NCBI GenBank assembly: GCA_036351155.1
Contig: JAZBOO010000260.1
Span: 1 to 22,280, forward strand
Source: Candidatus Krumholzibacteriia bacterium
GTDB lineage: Bacteria > Krumholzibacteriota > Krumholzibacteriia > LZORAL124-64-63
Length of the DNA: 22,280 nucleotides
Direction: 5' to 3'
Every line of letters begins with the position of its first letter. Position 1 is the first letter of the stretch. A program made the position numbers and the translations under genes. Positions 8,190-16,265 of the stretch are shown here, in pieces. The notes below the pieces were generated by a model that saw only the letters and a list, made by a program, of their open reading frames with translations, was not told the origin of the DNA and did not search any database.

Positions 8190-8324
8190 GTGTGCCACGA
8201 AGATTGTTGCTGGAACGAAAGTGCCATTTTTCTCAAAACCAAACCACAAAAAAATACACAAAAAATGCTCTAAATTGCCGGATTTTGGCAGGAATGGGGC
8301 CCAGCAACAATCTTCGTGGCACAC
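8190..8324. repeat. Perfect 24-bp inverted repeat flanking an 87-bp AT-rich spacer between divergent genes
   Basis: 8190-8213 GTGTGCCACGAAGATTGTTGCTGG is the exact reverse complement of 8301-8324 CCAGCAACAATCTTCGTGGCACAC. Confidence 0.95.
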
Positions 8325-8450
8325 CTTACCTGTTGCGGGGGTGTCTCTTCTCCCAAGGATAACACGAAAAATCGGGGACCTGAAATTTATTGCCCTCACC
8401 TGTTCCAGCGTTCCGGAAGAGACTATCTTCCCGGGACAAGGAGTTCCCCC

Positions 8451-9050
8451 ATGAAGCTTTTTTCCATCACGGCCGTGCTGGTGATCAACCTGTTCATCGC
8501 CGTCCGCTACACGGTTTTGCGGCGTCGGGGAGTCATCCAGCCGGCCCTGGCCATGTGGATCTTCTTTTCCATCGCCGTGGGCGGCAGCCTGGTCACCTAT
8601 CTATCCGGCGGCCAGTTCACCTGGCTGGACAATATCCTCAACTCCGCCGACCTCCTTCTTTGCGTATACGTGGCCGTGATCATCTTCCTGTGGGGAGACC
8701 GGAGCACCAGATTTTCCCGCTTCGACCAGGGCTGTTTGCTGGCCGTCCTGGCCATCCTGGCCTTCTGGGTGGTGTCGCGGCAGCACGTCACGTCTCACCT
8801 GTTGATCCAGCTGATCCTGGTGATCGCTTACTTCCCCGTGGTCAAGCGGTTGTGGAATTCCGACCGGAATACCGAATCATTCGCGGCCTGGATCGGCCTC
8901 TTGCTGGCTCCCGTCTTCTCGTTGCTCTCCAGCAAGGGCACCCTGGCGACGGTCTACGCGGCCAGGGCCATCATCTCGACCTTTCTGCTGTTGCTGTTGA
9001 TGGCCAGGGCTGAAAGGAAGATGAGACGGGTACGCGGTCCGCAGAGCTGA
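8451..9050 (+). CDS. Polytopic membrane protein (about 7 TM), PQ-loop/SWEET-like uncharacterised family
   Basis: Start re-called at ATG 8451 with AAGGAG RBS; 199 aa, highly hydrophobic; two similar halves (Y...RRG..QP...MW and YFP...KRLW....TES...W). Confidence 0.7.
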   Translation: MKLFSITAVLVINLFIAVRYTVLRRRGVIQPALAMWIFFSIAVGGSLVTYLSGGQFTWLDNILNSADLLLCVYVAVIIFLWGDRSTRFSRFDQGCLLAVLAILAFWVVSRQHVTSHLLIQLILVIAYFPVVKRLWNSDRNTESFAAWIGLLLAPVFSLLSSKGTLATVYAARAIISTFLLLLLMARAERKMRRVRGPQS

Positions 9051-9148
9051 TCAGGGCCCGTGACCGCTCCGGCAAAACCTTGAGTCCCCTGGGGGCCGAC
9101 CTACTCCTTTGCCATGGACCAGAGCTGACCAGGAATCAACCGCCCCCA

Positions 9149-9979
9149 TCAAAGCCAGGTCTTGGCCAGCGTCCACACGCCCAGAACCGTGATGAGCGAA
9201 CCCAGAATCAGGTGCAGACCCCGGGGCTTGAGCAGACGGGTCGTGAAGGCTCCGAAGGGAGCCACCAGGACGCTCCCCAGAATGAGGGCCAGGAACAGCT
9301 CCCACTGGAACATCCGCGCCGAAAACATCTCGCTCAGGAAACTTGTGAAAGGCATGGCCAGCACATCGCCGCCCACCTCCTGCACCGTGCGCCCGATCAG
9401 ATAGGTGAAGAACCCACAGATACAGATGGGCGCCTCGCTCAGGGTGGTGACCCCAACCGCCGCCTTGTGGTCTTGCCCCGACAGGACCTGCCCTCCGGTG
9501 ACCACCGGCCCGAACCCGCCACCGGAAATGCCCTTGTTGAAGGCACTGATGACTCCGACCAGGATCATCTTTGTCCACGAGAAAGTGTAGGATCGGTTCC
9601 GCAACACGATGAGTCCCATCACCAGGACCAGGACACCGATGTAAGTCTTGACCACATTCTTGGGCAGATTGATGGCCACACTGGCGGCCAGAATCGTGGC
9701 CAGGATGCCGAAGCCCGAGACAATGACCACCAGCTTGAAATCCCGAGACCCCGGCCGGAAGGACACGTTCTTCAATTCGTGGTGCAAAAGGGAGGCAGTC
9801 AAGCCACCGAAGGCCTGGGAAAGAAGGACCGCAGGCACCACCAGCTGAGGAGTGAACCCGACGATCAGGAGCACGGGTGTCAGGATGGTCCCGTACCCCA
9901 TGCCCAGCGAGGCATCGATGTATTCGCAGAAGAAAGCCAGTCCGAACAGAAGAAGAAAAAGGCCCACCGTGATCTCCAT
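9149..9979 (-). CDS. Sulfite exporter TauE/SafE family membrane protein
   Basis: Start re-called at ATG 9979 (GAAAGGGG RBS); repeated motifs DASLGMGYGTILTPVL and KGISGGGFGPVVT; multiple TM segments. Confidence 0.85.
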   Translation of the reverse strand: MEITVGLFLLLFGLAFFCEYIDASLGMGYGTILTPVLLIVGFTPQLVVPAVLLSQAFGGLTASLLHHELKNVSFRPGSRDFKLVVIVSGFGILATILAASVAINLPKNVVKTYIGVLVLVMGLIVLRNRSYTFSWTKMILVGVISAFNKGISGGGFGPVVTGGQVLSGQDHKAAVGVTTLSEAPICICGFFTYLIGRTVQEVGGDVLAMPFTSFLSEMFSARMFQWELFLALILGSVLVAPFGAFTTRLLKPRGLHLILGSLITVLGVWTLAKTWL

Positions 9980-10052
9980 CACCGATCCCCTTTCCGATGC
10001 CGGGTTGTATTTTGGCAGGTATGATTGTAAGGGTTTTTCCACCCAGGTGCGC

Positions 10053-10087
10053 AAAAAAAGCCTCCCTTTCAAAAATAAAAGGGAGGC
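10053..10087 (-). terminator. Intrinsic terminator of the beta-barrel gene
   Basis: Minus strand GCCTCCCTTT-loop-AAAGGGAGGC followed by T7, 22 nt after the stop at 10110. Confidence 0.85.
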
Positions 10088-10109
10088 CGTTTGGTGGGGT
10101 GGTCCCAGC

Positions 10110-10796
10110 TCAGAAGGTGAGCACCGCACCCAGCTGGTAGTTCAACAGGTCGGTGGCACTTTCGCTGGCCTCGAAGACCGGATTGTCATTCACGATGGTG
10201 ACATCGCCCTCGGTCAGGTACTCGGCCTTGGCACCCTTCTGGTAGGTGACCTTGATGTCCAGGAACACGCCGGGGGACTTCCTGTCTCGGTCGCCTTCGG
10301 ACAGCCGGATCAGCAGCCCGCCACCGCCGCCGAAGAAGGTGGCGAAGTCGTCGTAGTTGGTCTTGCGGCCCACCTCGTCCCCGTCCCACCAGTCCTGGTC
10401 CTCGAGCTTGGATTCGGTCCACAGGTAGTTGATGCCCGCCCTCACCTCGGCATAGGGCTGCACCGCGCCGGTCAGTGGGCGGTACTGCGCGAACAGGAAA
10501 CCGCCGGCCACGTTGTTGGTGGTGGTCAGATCGAAATCCTCCACCAGGGGCAGGCGGTATTCTCGGCTTTCGCTGCCGTAGATCATCGCGTTCAGGCCCA
10601 CGCCGATGGTGAAGGACGGCTGGGGCCTCACCCCGTAGTGGAGTTCCAGACCGATCCCCATGTTGTCCACGGCATCGCCGAAATCGCCGGTGGGCGAACC
10701 CAGAATGATACGGGCTCCCCCTTCCTGTTCCACGGCCATCGCCTGGGCGGCCAAGATGAGCATCATCAGCAGGGAAATGGTTTTCAGGGTTTTCAT
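10110..10796 (-). CDS. Outer-membrane beta-barrel protein (OmpA/PorT-like small barrel)
   Basis: Signal peptide (AQAMA); alternating amphipathic strands (QPYAEVRAGINY, VFLDIKVTY); C-terminal YQLGAVLTF beta-signal; AGAAGGA RBS. Confidence 0.8.
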   Translation of the reverse strand: MKTLKTISLLMMLILAAQAMAVEQEGGARIILGSPTGDFGDAVDNMGIGLELHYGVRPQPSFTIGVGLNAMIYGSESREYRLPLVEDFDLTTTNNVAGGFLFAQYRPLTGAVQPYAEVRAGINYLWTESKLEDQDWWDGDEVGRKTNYDDFATFFGGGGGLLIRLSEGDRDRKSPGVFLDIKVTYQKGAKAEYLTEGDVTIVNDNPVFEASESATDLLNYQLGAVLTF

Positions 10797-11103
10797 GGCG
10801 TGATCCTTCTTCTTCTTATCTGGTGGTGCCGGGACCTGATCTCAGGATTGCCCCGACAGTGATGTCTACGTACGCTCTGTTGCCAATTCCGGGCCAATCT
10901 GCTTGAACACCTGGCTCCAAATTATTTATATATTTTGCAGCAACTTGGCTCAATCCAGAGGCCATCCCCTGGGTGTGCCCAATCACCACACCCGTGCCGT
11001 GGCACCACAGGAACCACGGACTTCCGTCACCAACCTTCCCCTTGCCTCTCCCCTGTTCTGGACCTATATGTTCCGGATACCCCCAAACGACAGGAAAGCT
11101 TGC

Positions 11104-12510
11104 ATGAACACCCCGCTCAACGCCCGTGAGCCCCGCGCCTCCACCGACCAGAAGGCCCTGGACATCAATCTGGATCCCCTGCTTTACGGGGCCCTGGCCG
11201 AGATCGGCGCCGGCCAGGAGGTGGCTCGCCACTTCTTCCACGTGGGCGGCGCCTCGGGCACCATCGCCAAGGCCACCTCGGCCTACGATATGAGCTTCAG
11301 CGACGCCATCTACGGCTCCGATCCCTCTGGGCGCTACGTCACCCGCGACCGCGTGCTGCGCATGCTGGACCGGGAATTCCGTCTGGTGCTGGAGCGGGTC
11401 TCCGACACCCGGCCCGAAGGCTCGCGGTTCTTCGCCTTCGCCGACACCGTGGCCGCCCGCCGGTACGGAGTCGAAAGCGATGACCATGGCTGGCTGGGGA
11501 TCGACTTCCAGCACGCGGTCGGCGCCGCGCCCAGCCGGGTGATCATCCATGTCTGCCTGTTCGACTCCAAGAACCAGCAGCAGCAGGAAGCCCTGGGTGT
11601 CCTCGGGGTGAATCTCATCGACTCGGCATTCCGGTATCATGACGATGTGGACCAGCTGGTGGATTCACTGACCGAGAACCTGACCTGGGGCCGGGTGGAG
11701 ATCGACTATCTGGAGCTGGAAGGCCCGGCTTTCGAAGGTGTGGACCGCAAGGCTGCCGGGCTGCGCCTGGTCACTTCCAGCCTGGGCCCGCTGGTGGTTT
11801 TTGGACCCGACGGCAACCTCCAGTTGCCGGCCGATGTGATGTACCGCAAGGTGCCGCTGATCCTGCGCGGCAGCTTCCGCCCTTTCACCAACGTCCACTC
11901 CGACATGGCAGACCACGGCGTGGCCTGTCTGGCTTCCGAGCTGGGAGTTGATCAGGGAGAAATCGCATTCTTTTGCGAGATGAACGTGGCCCGTTTTCTC
12001 TACGAGGATATCGATGAGGTGAGTGATCTCCAGGCCCGGGTCGAGATGATCAACCAGCTGGGCCATCACGCCATGGTCACCAGCCATCTGCGTTTCTTCC
12101 GCCTGGCCGAGTACTTCCACCGCCGCGCATTGCGCCGCATCGGCTTTGCCCTGAGCGTGGCCGACCTGGACACCATCTTCGACGACTCTTACTACGAAGG
12201 CCTGGACGGCGGGATGTTGCAGGCCATCGCCCGGCTGTTCGCCAGCGACTCCAAGCTGCTGGCCTATCCCAACCTGACCGCCCAGGGTGAAATCCGGACG
12301 GTGGAGAACATGCAGCTGCCGGAGAAGTTCGCCCATCTCTATCGCCATCTGGTGACCAACCGCTGCATCCTGGGTCTGGAAGCCGAGATCGACACCCTGG
12401 TCCCCTTCGACCCCGATGCCCTGGGCCGGTTGATCCTGGCCGGGGATGAACGGTGGCGAGACTCCGTCCCCCCCTCGGTCCAGGAGCGCATCGGCGAGTT
12501 GAAGATGTGA
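11104..12510 (+). CDS. Conserved protein with CinA-like N-terminus and degenerate nucleotidyltransferase (NMNAT-like) C-terminal domain
   Basis: KAL.INLD...YG.LAEIGAGQEVAR.FF.VGGASGTIAK..SAYD..FSDAIYG signature; ILRGSFRPFTNVH resembles GSFNP.HxGH; start re-called at ATG 11104 (AGGA RBS); no signal peptide. Confidence 0.7.
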   Translation: MNTPLNAREPRASTDQKALDINLDPLLYGALAEIGAGQEVARHFFHVGGASGTIAKATSAYDMSFSDAIYGSDPSGRYVTRDRVLRMLDREFRLVLERVSDTRPEGSRFFAFADTVAARRYGVESDDHGWLGIDFQHAVGAAPSRVIIHVCLFDSKNQQQQEALGVLGVNLIDSAFRYHDDVDQLVDSLTENLTWGRVEIDYLELEGPAFEGVDRKAAGLRLVTSSLGPLVVFGPDGNLQLPADVMYRKVPLILRGSFRPFTNVHSDMADHGVACLASELGVDQGEIAFFCEMNVARFLYEDIDEVSDLQARVEMINQLGHHAMVTSHLRFFRLAEYFHRRALRRIGFALSVADLDTIFDDSYYEGLDGGMLQAIARLFASDSKLLAYPNLTAQGEIRTVENMQLPEKFAHLYRHLVTNRCILGLEAEIDTLVPFDPDALGRLILAGDERWRDSVPPSVQERIGELKM

Positions 12511-12522
12511 CCGCCGCGCGGA

Positions 12523-13521
12523 TCAGTACGGCTTGGTCCGGATCTGCTCGCTGGTGTTGTAGCACCGCGCGGTGAAGGGCTGAAGCTGGACCAGCCATTC
12601 CTTTTCCAGTTTCCTGAGAGCAGCCTCACGCTCCAGGCCCGTCAACCCGGAATCCACCGTGTCGAACACCTCGAAGTCGAAACCTTCGGGCCCGTACGCG
12701 TTCCAGTCCTCCTGGAGCTGCCGGCAACGGTGACTGCCGAAGCGCAGCTCGGCCCGGTGCCTGTTCAAGGGGCCGTGCAGGTTCAGGCTGCTGCCCAGCA
12801 ACAGGCGCCCTGTCTCCCGGTTCCGGATCCCGTAAATTCCTGCCTGCTTGCGCGCCTGCTTGTAGAGCTGGACCTTGGCCTTGCGTTCTTCGGTGGTCAT
12901 GGGACGTTCCCTTCGTGGACGGTCACCAGGCTGGGGCAAGGTGGAAACCTCGGGCTTCCGGATGCGCTGGTAGCTGAGAATCCCGGAACTCGACTGCCGG
13001 CGACTCATGACCAGGGAATCCACCAGTTCCCGCCGCACTGTGCAGTAGTCATCGAAGCGTGCGGCAATGATCTGGTTGACCTCCTCTTCGCTGTACATCC
13101 GGTCGGGCGCAAAATCCGCGGCAAAAGCATCCAGCACCACCAGCCGCTTTTTCCGCTGAGCGGGGAGCTGGTTCAGTCGGCCATCGTGAAAAAAGGTGTC
13201 GAGGATCTTCTGCCGGTAGGCCTCCAGACGCTGGCCTTCGGCCACCTGCCCGTCTCCGGCCTCGGTCACCAGATCAAGCAGTCGTTGGTCCAGAATCCCT
13301 GCGTCCAGCTGGTAGACCGTGTAGTACTGCTCCCGGGTTCCGGCCACCAGGCCCACCTGCTCCAGTTTTTTGAGATGGTGGCTGATGGTGGGAGCGGCCA
13401 GATTCAGCCCGGCGGCCAGTTGCTCCACATAGCAGGGAGCCTCCAGCAATGCCCGGACAATGCGCAGGCGGTTGGGATCGGCGAGGGCTTTCAGCAACAG
13501 AGAGCTGGTTTCGGCGGTCAT
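12523..13521 (-). CDS. ArsR/SmtB-family regulator fused to DUF2087 and a C-terminal GIY-YIG-superfamily domain
   Basis: LKALADPNRLRI...PTISHHLKKL..GLV wHTH; FF..GRL.QLP.QRKKR...YSE.EVN..I...DDYCTVRRELVD DUF2087; GIYGIRN..TGR.LLGSS.NL...NRH...L..GSH....LQ.DW..YG...F.FEV GIY-YIG. Confidence 0.85.
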   Translation of the reverse strand: MTAETSSLLLKALADPNRLRIVRALLEAPCYVEQLAAGLNLAAPTISHHLKKLEQVGLVAGTREQYYTVYQLDAGILDQRLLDLVTEAGDGQVAEGQRLEAYRQKILDTFFHDGRLNQLPAQRKKRLVVLDAFAADFAPDRMYSEEEVNQIIAARFDDYCTVRRELVDSLVMSRRQSSSGILSYQRIRKPEVSTLPQPGDRPRRERPMTTEERKAKVQLYKQARKQAGIYGIRNRETGRLLLGSSLNLHGPLNRHRAELRFGSHRCRQLQEDWNAYGPEGFDFEVFDTVDSGLTGLEREAALRKLEKEWLVQLQPFTARCYNTSEQIRTKPY

Positions 13522-13527
13522 GGCGTT

Positions 13528-13555
13528 TTCCTTTTCGATGAATGTCGAAAAGGAA
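13528..13555. promoter_or_regulatory. Palindromic operator candidate for ArsR autoregulation, overlapping the RBS
   Basis: TTCCTTTTCGA-tgaatg-TCGAAAAGGAA, 11-bp perfect arms, 6 nt upstream of the ArsR start codon. Confidence 0.65.
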
Positions 13556-13614
13556 TTTTAGGTATCCGGCTTCACGCTGTCAAATCATTTTTATATCCAT
13601 CGAAGAGGATCTGA

Positions 13615-15267
13615 TCAACTCAACTCCAGCCGGGCAATCACATAGGCGTGGTCACTGGGCTTGGACGGCTCCCGGCCAGGACTGACCCCGGTCAGTGCGT
13701 TGGCGTGCAGGATTTGATACTCCGCCTTCCGCCCCTCCAGTTGCCGATTGGCGACCACTCCGTGCATCAGGGCCTGAGAAATGCCCCGGTGGTTGTAGTC
13801 GTAGCGATCTTCCTCGGGAACCTGCTCCACCAGGTTGGTGCTGTGGTCCCCCGTCAGGGCCCGCAGCGTGTCACTGAACTCGAAATCGTTGAAATCCCCG
13901 GTCACGTAATAGTCAATGCCCTGCTCCCTGAGCCGCGCCAGGTGCCGACCAATGAGCTCCGCCTGCTCCACCCTCAGCGAAAGACGGGGATCCAGCCCGG
14001 GGTTTTCCGGCGCGAACAGACCATGCTGATGACGCTTGGAAGCCAGATGCACGTTGATCACCTCGAGTTCCCCCGCTCCTTCCTTCAACCGGAAGCGGGC
14101 CGCCAGCGGTTTGCGGGAATCGACATAGGCGGGCGCATCCTGGCCCAGGCGTTTCAGCGACCCTTCCACGAGCACGAGCCGTTCGGGGTCGTACAGGAAG
14201 GCGTTGCGGATATTTCCGCCGGGCTGGCCCCCGTCCTGGTCCAGCTCCGGGGGAATGTCCAGCCAGCGATACTCCGGACCCCCGGCACGCTTGATGGCCG
14301 CGATCAGAAAAGCGTAGGTTTTCTCGGCGCCCACCATCTCGGTGAGCTCGGCCCCGTCGTTGTCCTGGATTTCCTGCAAGGCCACCAGGGCGGGCCCCCG
14401 GGCATCGCGGGCAATGGCCCGACCCAGGCTCATGAACCGTCCGGCTCGCAAATCGTCATCCACGTCGCGGCGGGGATCTTTCACCCGGCTCGGGTCCTCG
14501 CGGTGGGGATCAAGATTGAACCCGTTGAGAGTCAGGATGGTCACGGCCGAACCGTGGCTGCGCAGCGTGGTGGGCACCACCTTGACGGCCGCCGGGCGCA
14601 GGCGCAAGGGACCCTTGGCTGCGATCTGGTAGGAGGCCACCCGGAAGTTCAGGGGGCCCGTCACGGGCTCCAGCAAGGTGGAACCCACGTTCACGGTCGG
14701 AGCCTTGGCGTAGTCGATGATCCGGAGACTGGGCAACCAGCGCAAGGGATGCTCGGGACTGATCAGGACGCCGCCCTGTCGGGTGCGCGTCAGATCCGAA
14801 TCAGGCGGCAGCAGAACGTAGTCACCGAAAGGATTGCTCGGCGCCGTGAAAGTGGAACCGGCGGGTATGCCCACCAGCATCCCCTCCAGGCTGTTCAGCA
14901 ACACCGCAAGTTTCTCCGGCGACACCAGCACCTTCTCGGCGGTCAACCAGAACGGCGCGATGGGCGGACCATGCTTCTCCAGTACCTTGGTCTTTTCGGC
15001 CACCAGCTGGGTGGTGGGGCGGCCCAGTTCTTCCTGCAGGTAGTCAAACACCTTCCCCGTGACCTGGACCAGGCTTCCCAGGGCAGGCTGACGCCGGGGC
15101 GAAAAAACAAAAATCCCCTGGGATTGGCCATTCTCCAGATCCCCCTCGGGGTCCTGGATGAAAAAACCCTTCCGGGTATCGCCGATCACCACCCCGGTGG
15201 TGGTGACCTGCTGTCCGGCCAGAGGCGAATGGAGGCCGGGGCCCTGGATGTTCTGGATGGGAATCAT
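13615..15267 (-). CDS. Endonuclease/exonuclease/phosphatase (EEP) family nuclease with N-terminal OB-fold (YhcR/ExeM-like)
   Basis: IQNIQG....SPL.GQ.V.T.GVV....KGFFIQD OB-fold start; EEP motifs LNGFNL, ALQEIQD, NVHLASK, GDFND, SDH; no signal peptide. Confidence 0.88.
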   Translation of the reverse strand: MIPIQNIQGPGLHSPLAGQQVTTTGVVIGDTRKGFFIQDPEGDLENGQSQGIFVFSPRRQPALGSLVQVTGKVFDYLQEELGRPTTQLVAEKTKVLEKHGPPIAPFWLTAEKVLVSPEKLAVLLNSLEGMLVGIPAGSTFTAPSNPFGDYVLLPPDSDLTRTRQGGVLISPEHPLRWLPSLRIIDYAKAPTVNVGSTLLEPVTGPLNFRVASYQIAAKGPLRLRPAAVKVVPTTLRSHGSAVTILTLNGFNLDPHREDPSRVKDPRRDVDDDLRAGRFMSLGRAIARDARGPALVALQEIQDNDGAELTEMVGAEKTYAFLIAAIKRAGGPEYRWLDIPPELDQDGGQPGGNIRNAFLYDPERLVLVEGSLKRLGQDAPAYVDSRKPLAARFRLKEGAGELEVINVHLASKRHQHGLFAPENPGLDPRLSLRVEQAELIGRHLARLREQGIDYYVTGDFNDFEFSDTLRALTGDHSTNLVEQVPEEDRYDYNHRGISQALMHGVVANRQLEGRKAEYQILHANALTGVSPGREPSKPSDHAYVIARLELS

Positions 15268-15998
15268 CAGTACCAGAAGGTGGCGATGAGATCGACCCCC
15301 CCGTTGCTCAGACCGTAATCGGTGTCCTGGCTGTCGCTCTGGCGCACAATCTCGCCATCGGAAAAGTAATCGGCGTTACTGTCCCACCACCCGTAGGTCA
15401 ACGTCCACTGGTAGCGGGCGCCGACGGTGAACTGGCGAGAAACGCGCCACTCGACTCCGGCGTCCCAGGCCGCTCCGGCCCAGATCCAGCTCCGGTCCTG
15501 GATGTTCTCACTGAAGATCGGATCCGGAAAATCATCGTCCTCCGGGTCCTCCGGAACGTATTCCCGCGTGAGGCGATTCTCGCTGGAACTCCGCTCGAAA
15601 CCCACGACCGGCCCGACGCCCAGCACGAAGGACACCCCATGCCGCGGTTCGCTGACAAAGAGCTTCTGTACGCGCAGTGAGACCCGCACGAGGTCCCTGT
15701 CACTTTCCTGACTGCTGAAATACCAGTAGCCAGGACCCTCGTCGCCATTGTTATCCACGTCGCCGTCGTGATCGAAGTAGACAGAAGTCCCGACCCTCCA
15801 GCCGCGCGACGGCGACGTGCGCCGCGTCCAGGAGAAGTCGTAACCGTCCACCACCCGCAGGCCGAAATCGTCCAGTCCCAGGTTCGAGGGCAATCCGAAC
15901 TCGAGCCCCGACAGCGGATAGTCTGCCGGCTCCTCCACGGCCAGGGCAGGCCCCGCCAGCAACAAGGAAAACAGAACGGTCATGAGCATCGATCGCAC
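15267..15998 (-). CDS. Outer-membrane beta-barrel protein
   Basis: GTG start with GAAAGGA RBS; signal peptide (AGPALA); amphipathic strands (AGVEWRVSRQFTVGARYQW); aromatic C-terminus LIATFWY; stop overlaps the nuclease start (TGATG). Confidence 0.75.
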   Translation of the reverse strand: MRSMLMTVLFSLLLAGPALAVEEPADYPLSGLEFGLPSNLGLDDFGLRVVDGYDFSWTRRTSPSRGWRVGTSVYFDHDGDVDNNGDEGPGYWYFSSQESDRDLVRVSLRVQKLFVSEPRHGVSFVLGVGPVVGFERSSSENRLTREYVPEDPEDDDFPDPIFSENIQDRSWIWAGAAWDAGVEWRVSRQFTVGARYQWTLTYGWWDSNADYFSDGEIVRQSDSQDTDYGLSNGGVDLIATFWY

Positions 15999-16043
15999 GG
16001 AATGTCCTTTCCTGAAGTGTCACCGATTATAATCGATTCGAGC

Positions 16044-16230
16044 CTACATGTTGCGCCGGTACTGACCGCCCACCCGGTACAGGGCCGACTCGGCGGTCCC
16101 CTCGTTCCGCTGATGGAACGCGATCAAGGTGGTGATGGCAAACTCTTTTTCCTCGGTGGTCGAGCGGATCACCTCGCCGGCTATCACCGTGGGCGAACCC
16201 GCCGGATCGAGATAGGTGTTCACCCCGATG
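16044..16230 (-). pseudogene. icmF: 3' remnant of fused isobutyryl-CoA mutase IcmF (methylmalonyl-CoA mutase family) with an internal deletion
   Basis: IGVNTYL...GSPT....EVIRST.EEK and the terminal ALY.VGGQYRRNM* are hallmark IcmF C-terminal motifs; the rest of the roughly 1100-aa gene is missing. Confidence 0.8.
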
Positions 16231-16265
16231 AAGGAGGCCGGCACCTCCTCCCGCCTCGACTCCTG

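Noticed and set aside
8190..8324. MITE/IS remnant or CRISPR interpretation of the 24-bp repeat
   Set aside because: No flanking target-site duplication and no transposase; the repeats are inverted and only two, so not CRISPR. A MITE is not fully excluded without a genome-wide search
8174..8450. N-terminal extensions of the M28 ORF (to 8242) and membrane-protein ORF (from 8316), and ORFs 8028-8399 and 8092-8454
   Set aside because: Better starts with RBS at 8173 and 8451; the shared peptide QQQSSWHT on opposite strands simply reflects the 24-bp inverted repeat
9080..14632. Opposite-strand ORFs such as 9080-10024, 9852-10862, 10816-11640, 11665-12348, 12730-13614 and 13648-15318
   Set aside because: Each overlaps a well-supported gene on the other strand and has no recognisable motif
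16232..16249. AGGAGG/CCTCCT hairpin as an RBS for a 66-aa icmF-like peptide
   Set aside because: The SD abuts the GTG at 16244 with no spacing and is paired in a stem; more likely a weak terminator or junction sequence
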